In this document: piece after piece, positions 48,041 through 58,049 of the stretch | Layout of the letters: each line of letters starts with the position of its first letter | Numbering within the stretch: the first letter of the stretch is position 1 | Origin: Methylotenera sp. | GTDB lineage: Bacteria > Pseudomonadota > Gammaproteobacteria > Burkholderiales > Methylophilaceae | DNA length: 64,000 nt | Direction: 5' to 3' | NCBI GenBank assembly: GCA_040401175.1 | Contig: JBBAOU010000003.1 | Location: 9,389 to 73,388 of the forward strand | Position numbers and translations under genes: made by a program | Notes under the pieces: model-generated | Told to the model about the DNA's origin: nothing | The model's database searches: none | The model's input: the letters and a program-made list of their open reading frames with translations, nothing else

Positions 48041-49936
48041 ATGCGTATTCAACTTTTACCCGATCAACTGATTAGCCAAATTGCCGCAGGTGAGGTGGTA
48101 GAGCGTCCAGCTTCTGCCCTTAAAGAATTGTTAGAGAACAGCTTAGATGCTGGCAGTACCGATATTCAAGTGTCATTGGTACAAGGCGGTGTGAAGCAAT
48201 TAAGGGTGGCTGATAACGGCAAGGGCATAACGCAAGATGATTTAGTGCTGGCACTAACGCGTCATGCTACCAGTAAAATTGCCAGTTTAGAAGATTTAGA
48301 ATCTGTCGCAAGTTTAGGCTTTAGAGGTGAAGCGCTGGCCAGTATTGCTTCAGTTTCACGGACCTTAATCAATAGCCGTTTTGCTGACAGTAAACACGCT
48401 TGGCGCATCACTTCAGATGGCAGTGATATTTCAGCCATAGAGCCTGCTGCGCTGGATGCTGGCACAGTCATTGAAGTGAATGATTTATATTTCAACACGC
48501 CAGCACGGCGTAAATTTTTAAAAACTGAAGGTACTGAGTTTGGCCATTGCGAGGCGGCGTTTAATCGTGTTGCGCTATCACGACCCGATGTGGCATTTAT
48601 ACTGCAACACAATGGCCGAGCGCTTAGCCGTTATGCGGTGAGTGAGCCCGCAAAAAGATTTGGTGAAGTATTAGGCGCAGAATTTGCGGCTGAAACGATA
48701 CAGCTAGAAGAATCTGCCGCGGGACTACGTTTGTGGGGTGTGGTGGCCAAACCGACTTTTAATCGGCACAAAAGTGATACGCAATATGTATACGTTAATG
48801 GCCGTTTTGTTCGAGATAAACTGATTTCACACGCCATACGTCAAGCCTATCAAGATGTGCTGCACCATGATAGACACCCAGCCTATGTGCTGTTTGTTGA
48901 GCTAGACCCGAGCTTAGTGGATGTGAACGTGCATCCAAGTAAAACTGAAGTCAGGTTTAGAGATGGTCAAGCGATACATCGCTTTATTTTTCATTCGTTG
49001 CACAAGGCGCTAGGCACGCCTACCGGCGTATCAAATGCTTCTACTGCCAATCAAGCGGCGTTTAATCCGTTTACTAATTCGGCTTCAAATTTGCCATTTT
49101 CTAATTCGCAGTCTGCAAATTACTCAGCTAGCCCTTATCCTCAATATCAATCGCAGATTAATTTAAATGCGAATGAACCGAATAATTTTTATCAAACTTT
49201 ATTTGGCAATATCGGGCTCGCAAACTCGCAAAGTAATGCACAGGCAGTCGACCAGCAATTGGGTAACGAAGCGTCTGCTGGCGGTGCCAATTTTGCGAAT
49301 AATAATGCAGATAATTTTTCGCATAACGACTTTCCTTTAGGGTTTGCCGTAGCACAAATTCATGGCGTTTATGTATTGGCGCAAAACTCGCTAGGTTTAG
49401 TCGTGATTGATATGCATGCCGCCCACGAGCGCATTATGTACGAGCGGCTTAAAAATGCACTGGACGGTAAAGATGGCTCAAAAATGGTCGCTATGCAGCC
49501 ATTGTTAATCCCCGTTAGTTTTACGGCCGATAGATTAGATGTCGCTACATTGCAAGAAGCACTTGCCAGCAACGTTAACAGCTTAGAACAATTAGGTTTT
49601 GATATCGCTATATTGTCGCCCAGCACTTTAGCAGTGCGTGCGGTGCCTACCATGTTGCAAAATGCTGATGCAGTCGTGCTGGCAAAAGACGTATTGCGAG
49701 ATTTGCGTGAATTTGGTGCTAGCCGCGCCCTAACTGAACGCAGAAACGAATTATTAGGCACCATGGCTTGCCACGCAGCAGTACGCGCCAATCGCCAATT
49801 AACGATTCCAGAAATGAACGCATTACTTCGCGATATGGAGGCTACTGAACGCTCAGGGATGTGTAATCACGGCCGGCCTACTTGGTTTCAAGTGTCCATG
49901 ACTGACTTGGATAAGATGTTTATGCGAGGTAAGTAA
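48041..49936 (+). CDS. mutL: DNA mismatch repair protein MutL (endonuclease type)
   Basis: GEVVERP..ELLENSLDA, GFRGEAL, DVNVHPSK, and the endonuclease motifs DMHAAHERIMYE, ACH and CNHGRP. Confidence 0.98.
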   Translation: MRIQLLPDQLISQIAAGEVVERPASALKELLENSLDAGSTDIQVSLVQGGVKQLRVADNGKGITQDDLVLALTRHATSKIASLEDLESVASLGFRGEALASIASVSRTLINSRFADSKHAWRITSDGSDISAIEPAALDAGTVIEVNDLYFNTPARRKFLKTEGTEFGHCEAAFNRVALSRPDVAFILQHNGRALSRYAVSEPAKRFGEVLGAEFAAETIQLEESAAGLRLWGVVAKPTFNRHKSDTQYVYVNGRFVRDKLISHAIRQAYQDVLHHDRHPAYVLFVELDPSLVDVNVHPSKTEVRFRDGQAIHRFIFHSLHKALGTPTGVSNASTANQAAFNPFTNSASNLPFSNSQSANYSASPYPQYQSQINLNANEPNNFYQTLFGNIGLANSQSNAQAVDQQLGNEASAGGANFANNNADNFSHNDFPLGFAVAQIHGVYVLAQNSLGLVVIDMHAAHERIMYERLKNALDGKDGSKMVAMQPLLIPVSFTADRLDVATLQEALASNVNSLEQLGFDIAILSPSTLAVRAVPTMLQNADAVVLAKDVLRDLREFGASRALTERRNELLGTMACHAAVRANRQLTIPEMNALLRDMEATERSGMCNHGRPTWFQVSMTDLDKMFMRGK

Positions 49937-50044
49937 TCGCAGAAAAAGTAAAGCTATTAAACATAACGGTCAAGTTTTGCAAAACGGTTTAATTTACACA
50001 TAGCAATATTCACAATTTAATCAAAATATTACAATACTCCCCAC

Positions 50045-50073
50045 TTGATTTATCGTACGTAATATCGTACCAT
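50045..50073 (+). promoter_or_regulatory. Sigma70 promoter with an overlapping YefM-type operator
   Basis: TTGATT-N17-TACCAT. Two GTAC cores (50055 and 50067) are 12 bp apart, the spacing known for YefM-YoeB operators. Confidence 0.7.
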
Positions 50074-50098
50074 AAATTTAAATCACTCAGAGTTGACC

Positions 50099-50341
50099 AT
50101 GCAAACTTTATCTGCTAGTACTGCACGCACTAATCTTTATCGACTTATTGACGAGGCCAGCAGCTCGCATCAACCGATTGTCATTACCGGTAAGCGCAAT
50201 AATGCGGTGTTAGTATCACAAGAAGATTGGTCCGCCATTCAAGAGACTTTGTTTTTATTATCAGTGCCCAGTATGCGCGAGTCTATTCGCGAGGGCATGA
50301 ATACACCCTCAGCTGAACTTTCTACTAGTTTAGATTGGTAA
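50099..50341 (+). CDS. yefM: Phd/YefM-family antitoxin
   Basis: SASTARTNLYRLID, PIVITGKR..AVLVS and IQETLFLLS. Confidence 0.93.
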   Translation: MQTLSASTARTNLYRLIDEASSSHQPIVITGKRNNAVLVSQEDWSAIQETLFLLSVPSMRESIREGMNTPSAELSTSLDW

Positions 50342-50345
50342 TTGC

Positions 50346-50612
50346 ATGTCGCAATATCAACTGCTTTATACAAAAGCAGCGCAAAAAGATGCAAAAAACC
50401 TAACTGCAGCATGCCTTAAAGATAAGGCTTTGTTGCTGTTAGCAATAGTTGCCGAAAATCCCTTTCAAAATCCGCTACCTTATGAGAAGTTAATCGGTGA
50501 TTTACTCGGTGCGTATTCGCGTCGCATTAATATTCAACATCGCTTGGTTTATCAGGTTTTAGAGGCGGAAAAGATCGTAAAAGTGCTACGCTTATGGACG
50601 CATTATGAATAA
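50346..50612 (+). CDS. yoeB: Txe/YoeB-family ribosome-dependent mRNase toxin
   Basis: [24 protein letters not shown] and C-terminal WTHYE, with the catalytic-type E/R/H/Y residues present. Confidence 0.93.
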   Translation: MSQYQLLYTKAAQKDAKNLTAACLKDKALLLLAIVAENPFQNPLPYEKLIGDLLGAYSRRINIQHRLVYQVLEAEKIVKVLRLWTHYE

Positions 50613-51579
50613 TAGTCTGATGAATACAGATAATAAGCCTTTACCCCCAGCCATTTTTCTCATGGGACCAACCGCCAGTGGCAAGACGGGTGCAGCCGTG
50701 TCGTTGATGACTAAGCTGCCTGTCGAAATAATCAGTGTAGATTCTGCATTAGTATTCAAAGACATGAATATAGGCACAGCCAAACCTGAGGCCGTAATTT
50801 TAGAAAAAGCGCCACATCATTTGATTGATATTATTGACCCAACCAGCGCCTATTCTGCGGCCAACTTCAGAAGTGACGCTTTGCAATTAATGGCAGATAT
50901 TACCGCGCGTGGCAAAATTCCATTATTGGTGGGCGGTACCATGTTGTATTTTAAAGCCTTAGAAGAAGGTTTAAGTGGCTTGCCTGAGGCTGATCCTTTA
51001 ATACGTGCAGCTTTAGACGCAGATGCCGCACAAATAGGCTGGCCAGCGATGCACAATAAGCTTGCTGGGATTGACCCACAGACGGCCGCAAGATTAGAGC
51101 CTAATGACACGCAACGTATTCAGCGGGCGTTAGAAGTTTATCAAATCAGCGGCGAAACCCTGTCGAATTTGTTTGCCAAGCAAACCAGTCAAGCGCTACC
51201 TTACCAATTACTAAAAATTTCACTCGTTCCTAGCGATAGAAAAGTGCTGCATGACCGAATCGCCTTACGGTTTGATCAAATGCTGGCTGCAGGCTTTGTA
51301 GATGAGGTAAGGGCATTGATAGCAAAATATCCATCACTAACAGCAGAATCTACCGCAATGCGCTGCGTCGGTTATCGGCAGGCTTTGGAGCATTTGTCCG
51401 GTGAATATGATGTGGCAGAATTACGTGACAGAGGTATATTTGCAACGCGTCAGTTAGCCAAACGCCAACTCACTTGGTTACGCGGCATGAATGATGTTAT
51501 TGAGCTAGATTGTCTAAAATATGATTTAAATAAACTGATATTTAATTTAATAAATCAATTTGTTATAAGTGTTAATTAA
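50605..51579 (+). CDS. miaA: tRNA dimethylallyltransferase
   Basis: [35 protein letters not shown] and [11 protein letters not shown]. Alternative start at 50620. Confidence 0.97.
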   Translation: MNNSLMNTDNKPLPPAIFLMGPTASGKTGAAVSLMTKLPVEIISVDSALVFKDMNIGTAKPEAVILEKAPHHLIDIIDPTSAYSAANFRSDALQLMADITARGKIPLLVGGTMLYFKALEEGLSGLPEADPLIRAALDADAAQIGWPAMHNKLAGIDPQTAARLEPNDTQRIQRALEVYQISGETLSNLFAKQTSQALPYQLLKISLVPSDRKVLHDRIALRFDQMLAAGFVDEVRALIAKYPSLTAESTAMRCVGYRQALEHLSGEYDVAELRDRGIFATRQLAKRQLTWLRGMNDVIELDCLKYDLNKLIFNLINQFVISVN

Positions 51580-51619
51580 TAGATTAAATTAATAAAATAA
51601 GCGCAATAATTACCTACTT

Positions 51620-51660
51620 CGTCATTCCGATAAGTTTATGAATTTACTTTCGAAATGACG
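51620..51660. repeat. Hairpin with CGTCATT...AATGACG ends between convergent miaA and dapC
   Basis: CGTCATTCCGA-N19-TCGAAATGACG, 10 of 11 bp paired. Could be a terminator or a decayed REP-like unit. Confidence 0.45.
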
Positions 51661-51682
51661 ATAAATGCCAGTGCTAAAAGTT

Positions 51683-52885
51683 TTAAAGCTGCCGAATTCG
51701 CTTCGCCGCTTCCACACATTCATCCAAACTTGCCACCAAGGCCAAACGTACAAAGTTTAAGCCAGGATTAATGCCATGCGCCTCACGCGCCAAATAACTG
51801 CCGGGTAATACTGTCACATTAAAATCACGATACAGGGCTAAGGCGAACTCAGTATCTGTGATCCTACGGCCATTGCTTTGTTTTATTTTGGCCCACAAAT
51901 AAAATGCAGCATTTGGCTTCTCAAAATGCAATACGTCAGTTAATAATGGTGTGACTATGTCAAACTTTTCTGCATACAGTCTGCGGTTTTCGATTACATG
52001 CGCTTCGTCATTCCAAGCCGTCATACTGGCAGCTTGTATCGCTGGGTTCATCGCGCAACCATGATAAGTGCGGTAAAGCGCAAATTTTTCGATAATTTTA
52101 TCATCGCCAGCAACAAAGCCTGATCGCATGCCTGGCACATTTGAGCGTTTAGAAAGTGAGCTGAAAATCACTAGGTTTTTGTAATCTCGCCCTAGTTTAT
52201 GTGCAGCTTGTAGCGCGCCAAGTGGTGGATTTGCTTCGTCAAAATAAATCTCTGTATAACATTCGTCAGCTGCAATCACAAAACCATATTTGTCTGATAA
52301 TTCAAAAATAGTTTGCCACTGCGCTAGGCTCATTACCTTGCCAGACGGGTTGCCGGGGCTGCAAATATATGCCAGTTGCGTGCGTTTAAGCACTTCAACC
52401 GGCACGCTTTCAAAATCCATTGCATGGTCATTTTCAGGCAAGGTATTTAAGAAATAAGGCTCAGCACCGGCTAAAAAAGCCGCGCCTTCGTAAATTTGGT
52501 AAAAAGGGTTGGGCGAAATCACCACCGGGTTGGGCTTTGACTGATCAATTATTAGTTGTGCAAAGGCGAATAGCGCCTCGCGACTGCCTGTTACGGGCAA
52601 TATTGCTGTTTCAGGATTGAGCTGTGGCACAGCGTAACGGCGAGAAATCCAGTTAGAAATGGCTTCGCGTAATGCCAATGAACCTATCGTGGTTGGATAA
52701 CTAGCTAAACCAGCCAAATTATTCACCAGCGTGTCTTTAATTAACTGTGGAGTGGCGTGTTTAGGCTCACCAATTGATAAGTTAATGGCAGAATAGACTG
52801 GGTTAGGTGTTGTACCCTTAAATAAGTCGCGTAAACGCTGAAAAGGATAAGGTTGCAGTAAATTAAGATTTGAATTCATAGGCAA
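51683..52885 (-). CDS. dapC: N-succinyldiaminopimelate aminotransferase
   Basis: LQPYPFQRL, LSIGEPKH, NPFYQIYEGAA, DECY, PLP lysine in SLSKRSNVPGMRSG, and YRTYHG. Confidence 0.93.
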   Translation of the reverse strand: MPMNSNLNLLQPYPFQRLRDLFKGTTPNPVYSAINLSIGEPKHATPQLIKDTLVNNLAGLASYPTTIGSLALREAISNWISRRYAVPQLNPETAILPVTGSREALFAFAQLIIDQSKPNPVVISPNPFYQIYEGAAFLAGAEPYFLNTLPENDHAMDFESVPVEVLKRTQLAYICSPGNPSGKVMSLAQWQTIFELSDKYGFVIAADECYTEIYFDEANPPLGALQAAHKLGRDYKNLVIFSSLSKRSNVPGMRSGFVAGDDKIIEKFALYRTYHGCAMNPAIQAASMTAWNDEAHVIENRRLYAEKFDIVTPLLTDVLHFEKPNAAFYLWAKIKQSNGRRITDTEFALALYRDFNVTVLPGSYLAREAHGINPGLNFVRLALVASLDECVEAAKRIRQL

Positions 52886-52975
52886 TATTGTAAACTAGCC
52901 GCTCAAGTATGAGTAAGCTTAAGTTACAACAATTTTTCCTGCCTATAACAATATTAAAAGTTAAGTTGAAAAAAA

Positions 52976-53881
52976 ATGAATGTCAATTACCCAAAACCTG
53001 AAGTCAATAGCGCATTTATTAATAGCGCCAGCCTGTTGTTAGCGGCGCTATGCTGGGGCGTTGTTTGGTATCCATACCGTATTATGGCGCAAGCTGGTTA
53101 TGGGGCAGTGACTGCGAGCTTTTATAGTTATTTGACAGTGCTAATTTTGGTGGGTATGGTCTGTATCAGGCATTGGCGAGGCATTTTTAAATTGCCGTTG
53201 AGCATTTTTTGGCTAGCCTTGGCTGCGGGCTGGACTAACTTGGCTTATGTACTCGCAGTGATAGATGGCGAAGTGATGCGTGTGATGTTGCTATTTTACC
53301 TATCACCTTTATGGACACTGATACTGGCGCATTTTTGGCTTAAAGAAAACATAGATAAACGCGGTTTAACGACGATGATATTATCGCTGATGGGTGCGTT
53401 TATTATGCTGTATGACATCACAGGAAAAGCCAGCGCTTGGCCGTTACCTAGAAATACGGCTGAGTGGTTTGCTTTAACATCGGGTATCGGATTTGCCATC
53501 AGCAATGTGATTACTAGAAAATCTACCCACTTAACCATACGCAGTAAATCCTTTGCAGTATGGTCCGGCGTGTTGTTAATGTCGATTTTAGCCATGCCAT
53601 TTGTGAAAGAAACGATTCCGGCACCAAGTTTTTTTACTTTAAATGATGGTTTGGTAATATTGATAATTGCCATGTCACTGATTGCTGCAACGTTTCTAAC
53701 ACAATACGGTATTACACAAATGCCAGCCAACCGTGCTTCCGTATTATTTTTGTTTGAGTTGGTGGTCGCTGCGGTTACGTCTTATTTTTTAGCGCATGAA
53801 ACTATGGATATCAATGAGTGGATAGGCGGCAGTTTAATTGTGGCCGCCTCGATATTTGCGGCATTAAATCATGATGATTAG
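52976..53881 (+). CDS. DMT/EamA family transporter
   Basis: About 10 TM helices in two repeats, with LLFYLSPLW and LFELVVA. Confidence 0.88.
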   Translation: MNVNYPKPEVNSAFINSASLLLAALCWGVVWYPYRIMAQAGYGAVTASFYSYLTVLILVGMVCIRHWRGIFKLPLSIFWLALAAGWTNLAYVLAVIDGEVMRVMLLFYLSPLWTLILAHFWLKENIDKRGLTTMILSLMGAFIMLYDITGKASAWPLPRNTAEWFALTSGIGFAISNVITRKSTHLTIRSKSFAVWSGVLLMSILAMPFVKETIPAPSFFTLNDGLVILIIAMSLIAATFLTQYGITQMPANRASVLFLFELVVAAVTSYFLAHETMDINEWIGGSLIVAASIFAALNHDD

Positions 53882-53976
53882 ATTAAGCTAGCGTTACAAT
53901 TCCCTTAAGCCGCAACATATATTTTTAAAGACAAATCATTGCGAAAATCGGCATTGACCAGCACATTTTCTTCCTC

Positions 53977-55881
53977 TTATTGAGAAAGATAAATTTGCCA
54001 TATTGTTTGATAACTAGCCTCTAGTGCTTTAGCAAAATTGGCCGTATCAAAAAGTGCTGAAGTCATTTTTTCAGCTAATAATTTTTGTTTAATCTCTTGT
54101 AGTTTTGCAGTATTTTTTGATAGATAAAGCGCTTTATTTTCATAATCTTGCAGTGTATACGTGATAAGTTCAGTTAAGTCTGCTGCACTCAATAAACTAC
54201 CTGCTACACGGGTGGCAAAAGTATCGCCAGCGCAGGTAATTACAGGCACGCCCATCCATAGCGCATCACTGCAAGTGGTGTGAGCGTTATAGGATAAGGT
54301 GTCTAAAAACAAGTCGGCATGTACGTGGCGGGCCAGATGGTCGGCAATAGCGATTCTGGGCGCAAACAGGAGTCTCTCTGCGCACACCCCTGATTTTTCT
54401 GCCTCAATGATTAAATTTTGTTTGGCCCATTGATTACAATCCAATAACCACAAAACACTATTGGGTGTGGCTTTTAGTAAGCGCATCCAAACGGCAAAAA
54501 CCTCAGGTGTGATTTTGAAGGTCTGGTTAAAGCAGCAAAACACAAAGCTATCCAAAGCTAACTGACAAGATTCACGGCTAGGCGTTTCCCCCACTGGCCG
54601 GTTGCGGTCATTAGGCTGATAGCAATCAGGTAATAGAAATAGTTTTTCGGCGTAATCAGGCGCAGCTTCTGCTGGAGTGATAAACGCATCACTCAGCAGG
54701 TAATCAAACAACGCTTGCTTGACATTTTGTTGTCCACCGGCTGTTGATATTTCGCCCATAGTGCCAGCAAAACCTAACCAATTGATATTGATAGGCGCTG
54801 GACGCAAGACGGCAATGCCACTGCGACTGGTTTGAGTAAAGCCGGTTAAATCGACCAATATATCAATATTGCTCGCATGTATTTTTATTGCTGCATCAAT
54901 TTCAGAGAGCGTGCGAATGTCGTGAAATTCATTAAAAGCTTTCTCTAACCTTGCTCTCGCACTAGATTGATCGTTAACACCATACGAAAAAGCTATAATT
55001 TCAAATTGGCTGCGGTCATGCAGTTCAATTAATTCGCTGATTAAAAATGCCAAGGGATGTAGTCTAAAATCAGCAGATAAGTAGCCAATTCTAATTTTTT
55101 TGCTTTTACTTTGTGAGGTGGTTGGTGAGCTAGCGGCTAAAGAATATTTAAAATTAAGCGTCTTGCCGTATTCAATCAACGTGGCATAACGATTAGTCAG
55201 CCAATTATTAGCGCAGGTTTTTTGTTCAGCAGCGGTAGTGGAGAGCATCGCCAAAAATGCAAAAGGGGAGATTTGTGCTTGTGGTACGGTATTCACCCAA
55301 CGACGAATTTCGGCAATATCTGCCTGTAAGCCTTGCCAATCGCAAATATGCTGTTTTTGATGGACTAAATGCACTTTAGCGTGATAAAGCTTAGGGTTTA
55401 AATCTAAGGCTTTTTGATAGCTAGCAATAGCTAAATCTAGCTGACCTAATTCGCGCTGCACATTGCCTAAGTTATTATAAATATCCGCATCATTCGGGCT
55501 TAGTCTAATCGCTTTTTGATAATGCAAAAGGGCTTCTTTAGTCTTGCCAAGTTCGCGTTGTGCATTGCCTAAGTTATACAAATAAGCGGCATTTTCGGGT
55601 TGGTTTTCTAGGGCCTCTTCGAAACAGGCCTCTGCCATTATAAAGCGACCTTGTGCATGAGATTCATTGCCAAGCTCTTGTAAGGCGTAGCATAAAGCCT
55701 CGCGTACATTTAAGTTGGTTTTAAATATACGTACTAGTCGCCTGAAATAACCAGCAGCTTCTTCATAACGTTTCAGTTCAACACATAAGTTGCCACAATT
55801 TATTTGCGCAACGGTATCTTTAGGGTTATGCAATAGTGCTTGTCTATAGTGTTTAAGTGCGTTTTCGTTAGTTATTTGCAT
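53977..55881 (-). CDS. TPR-containing O-GlcNAc transferase-like glycosyltransferase (GT41)
   Basis: N-terminal TPRs (YNLGNAQRELG), RIGYLSADFRLHP, DILVDLTGFT, FCCFNQTFKI and SDALWMGVPV. Confidence 0.9.
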   Translation of the reverse strand: MQITNENALKHYRQALLHNPKDTVAQINCGNLCVELKRYEEAAGYFRRLVRIFKTNLNVREALCYALQELGNESHAQGRFIMAEACFEEALENQPENAAYLYNLGNAQRELGKTKEALLHYQKAIRLSPNDADIYNNLGNVQRELGQLDLAIASYQKALDLNPKLYHAKVHLVHQKQHICDWQGLQADIAEIRRWVNTVPQAQISPFAFLAMLSTTAAEQKTCANNWLTNRYATLIEYGKTLNFKYSLAASSPTTSQSKSKKIRIGYLSADFRLHPLAFLISELIELHDRSQFEIIAFSYGVNDQSSARARLEKAFNEFHDIRTLSEIDAAIKIHASNIDILVDLTGFTQTSRSGIAVLRPAPININWLGFAGTMGEISTAGGQQNVKQALFDYLLSDAFITPAEAAPDYAEKLFLLPDCYQPNDRNRPVGETPSRESCQLALDSFVFCCFNQTFKITPEVFAVWMRLLKATPNSVLWLLDCNQWAKQNLIIEAEKSGVCAERLLFAPRIAIADHLARHVHADLFLDTLSYNAHTTCSDALWMGVPVITCAGDTFATRVAGSLLSAADLTELITYTLQDYENKALYLSKNTAKLQEIKQKLLAEKMTSALFDTANFAKALEASYQTIWQIYLSQ

Positions 55882-55941
55882 GGTGTGATTTTAATTGAAA
55901 ACAAAGCTTGTTGATAAGTTAAAAATTAAAAGACCACTGGA

Positions 55942-57138
55942 TTAAATAGTTATTTTTGCTAGACGTTTAAAGCCAAGTTTCCGTAGGGCGAAACGGTTAG
56001 GGTTCATTAACGCAGCCAATTCAATATTCATGGTGATGGGTTCGTGGCATATCATTTGAGCCAGTAATTCTGCGCAAAACGGTGCGCTGGTGAAGCCGCG
56101 GCTACCATGTGCAATATTCATGTAAAGGCCGTTAATCCATGGTAATGATTCAGCTTTGGCATTAAGCCAGGGAGGGCTGGCCTTTAGCTTATTATTATCA
56201 AGTAATGCGCCCACCAATGGAAAGTAGTCAAATGATGTGCATCTGAATGAAACTCGACCGGATTTGATATTGTTTTTTAGGTTTTCGTGTAGCGCTAATG
56301 AAAAACTTTTTAGCTTAAATAGATTGGCTTGGTGATCTTCTTCATCTAATGCAGAGTCTAAATTATCCACCGAAAAGGTCGCGCCTAAACAATGCTGATT
56401 ATTAGTCGCGGGGCTTAAATAGCCATCGCTACAGATAATCGTTTTGAGTTGATTGCTTTTATTGGTAGCTTCAACAACGCTGATTTGCCCACGCACCGAT
56501 TGCGTTTTTAAGTGTAGATTAATGCCTAAATTTTGCGCTTCATTAGCATTGGCAATGATGACAATGTCGGCTTTAGCAATCAATTTTTCAGCCGAAAATA
56601 TTTCAAATAAATCATTACTTTTCAATAAACTATCAGCTTTAATTAAAGTTTTAATTGAGATATTTTCATGAGTAGTTAATTGTTTGCATATTTGTTGCGG
56701 ATTCACCCAGGCGGCACTTTTAAAGTAAAGCGCGTCATGCATTAGGTCTATGCCTGCAATCTGGCTGGCTTCGTCTGAGTTAATATATTGCACAATATCT
56801 TCAGCATAATTCTTTGCCGCAACTTTTTGAATGCGCGCTAGCTCCCTAGGGTTAAAACCAAGCTGTAACATACCGCAAACATTGATGTCTGCAGGCTCTA
56901 AATTGAGTGATTTAAAAAAAGCTAGGCTATACAAATAGCTATCAAGTGCAAATTGGCTGGCTGCATCATCACCATTTATGCGTGGATACAGCATGGCTTG
57001 TGGATTGCCTGAAGCTTCGCTGGCAATTTCGGCATGGCGTTCTAGTAATGTGACCTGAACACCACGTTTAGCCAACGCATAAGCCGTGCTACAACCAGCA
57101 ATGCCGGCACCAATGATGACTGCGGTTTTAGGTGTCAT
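55942..57138 (-). CDS. mnmC: FAD-dependent cmnm5s2U34 oxidoreductase (MnmC C-terminal half, stand-alone)
   Basis: IIGAGIAG, EASGNPQA, VRGQIS, GATF, and HGSRGFTSAP..AELLA..P.RF. Confidence 0.9.
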   Translation of the reverse strand: MTPKTAVIIGAGIAGCSTAYALAKRGVQVTLLERHAEIASEASGNPQAMLYPRINGDDAASQFALDSYLYSLAFFKSLNLEPADINVCGMLQLGFNPRELARIQKVAAKNYAEDIVQYINSDEASQIAGIDLMHDALYFKSAAWVNPQQICKQLTTHENISIKTLIKADSLLKSNDLFEIFSAEKLIAKADIVIIANANEAQNLGINLHLKTQSVRGQISVVEATNKSNQLKTIICSDGYLSPATNNQHCLGATFSVDNLDSALDEEDHQANLFKLKSFSLALHENLKNNIKSGRVSFRCTSFDYFPLVGALLDNNKLKASPPWLNAKAESLPWINGLYMNIAHGSRGFTSAPFCAELLAQMICHEPITMNIELAALMNPNRFALRKLGFKRLAKITI

Positions 57139-57194
57139 AAGTCACTAGATCCGGAATTTCATCGGGATGATGGGCAAGTTTAGTATTTCTAGCA

Positions 57195-58049
57195 TTATTT
57201 TTGAGTTATGTGATTATTGTTTAAAAAATATCCCAATAACATTTCACGTTTATTGCCAAAGCCGATCTTTTTATTGACGGCAAAGCCTGCGGCGATCAAA
57301 CCTCTGCGGACTACTCCGGCACTGGTGAATGTGGCAAAAGTTGTGTTTTCATTAGATAACTTAGCCATTTGTTCAAATAACTCGGATTGCCACATTTCAG
57401 GATTTTTAGCGGGTGAAAAGCCATCTAAAAACCATGCATCTACTGCGGTACTGCCTGAATTTTTTATGCTAAATTTTTCTAATTTAATTTTTTTTAAACA
57501 GTCAGTTGCATCACCAATTAAAAGCGTTAGCTGAATACGTTTATCAAAAAGTATGACGGATTGTCTTTGATTAAAATCCTGAATCTTATTTAATAGCAGT
57601 TCTTTATTTAACGTCAATTCTCTATCTAACAATTCTGTTAGTAAAAGATTTTCATATGCAACCAGAAATGGCTTACTAAATTCTTGTAGTTCTGGCCATA
57701 ACTGCAAGACGCATGTAAGGTCAGCAATATTGACAGGATATTTTTCTAGACTGATAAAGTGTAAAACAGCCTCTTGAGGCGCCGTTTCTAGCCAAAGTTT
57801 TGCTGCGCATAAAAAATTTAAGCCAGTACCAAAGCCAGTTTCAGCGATGGTAAATGTATTTGCTTTTAAATTTCCCCAGCGTGCGCTTAATTGGTTGCCT
57901 TGTAAAAATACATATTCCGTTTCAAGTAGGCCATTGTCGCTAGAAAAATACACATCTTGAAAGGCGCTGGCGTAGGGTTGGCCTTGATTCCATTCTACGC
58001 GGCTCCATTCAACTTGGCTTGTAGAGCTGGTTTTATTGGTAATCAGCAT
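57195..58049 (-). CDS. mnmD: tRNA mnm5s2U34 methyltransferase (MnmC N-terminal half)
   Basis: FQDVYFS, IAETGFGTGLNF, SLEKYP, DAWFLDGFSPAKNPEMW and GFGNKREML. Confidence 0.92.
   Translation of the reverse strand: MLITNKTSSTSQVEWSRVEWNQGQPYASAFQDVYFSSDNGLLETEYVFLQGNQLSARWGNLKANTFTIAETGFGTGLNFLCAAKLWLETAPQEAVLHFISLEKYPVNIADLTCVLQLWPELQEFSKPFLVAYENLLLTELLDRELTLNKELLLNKIQDFNQRQSVILFDKRIQLTLLIGDATDCLKKIKLEKFSIKNSGSTAVDAWFLDGFSPAKNPEMWQSELFEQMAKLSNENTTFATFTSAGVVRRGLIAAGFAVNKKIGFGNKREMLLGYFLNNNHITQK

Noticed and set aside
53925-53966. 13-codon ORF with a GAGGA RBS right after the GT41 gene (minus strand)
   Set aside because: Too short to support. It may be the stub of a deleted gene, but nothing identifies it.
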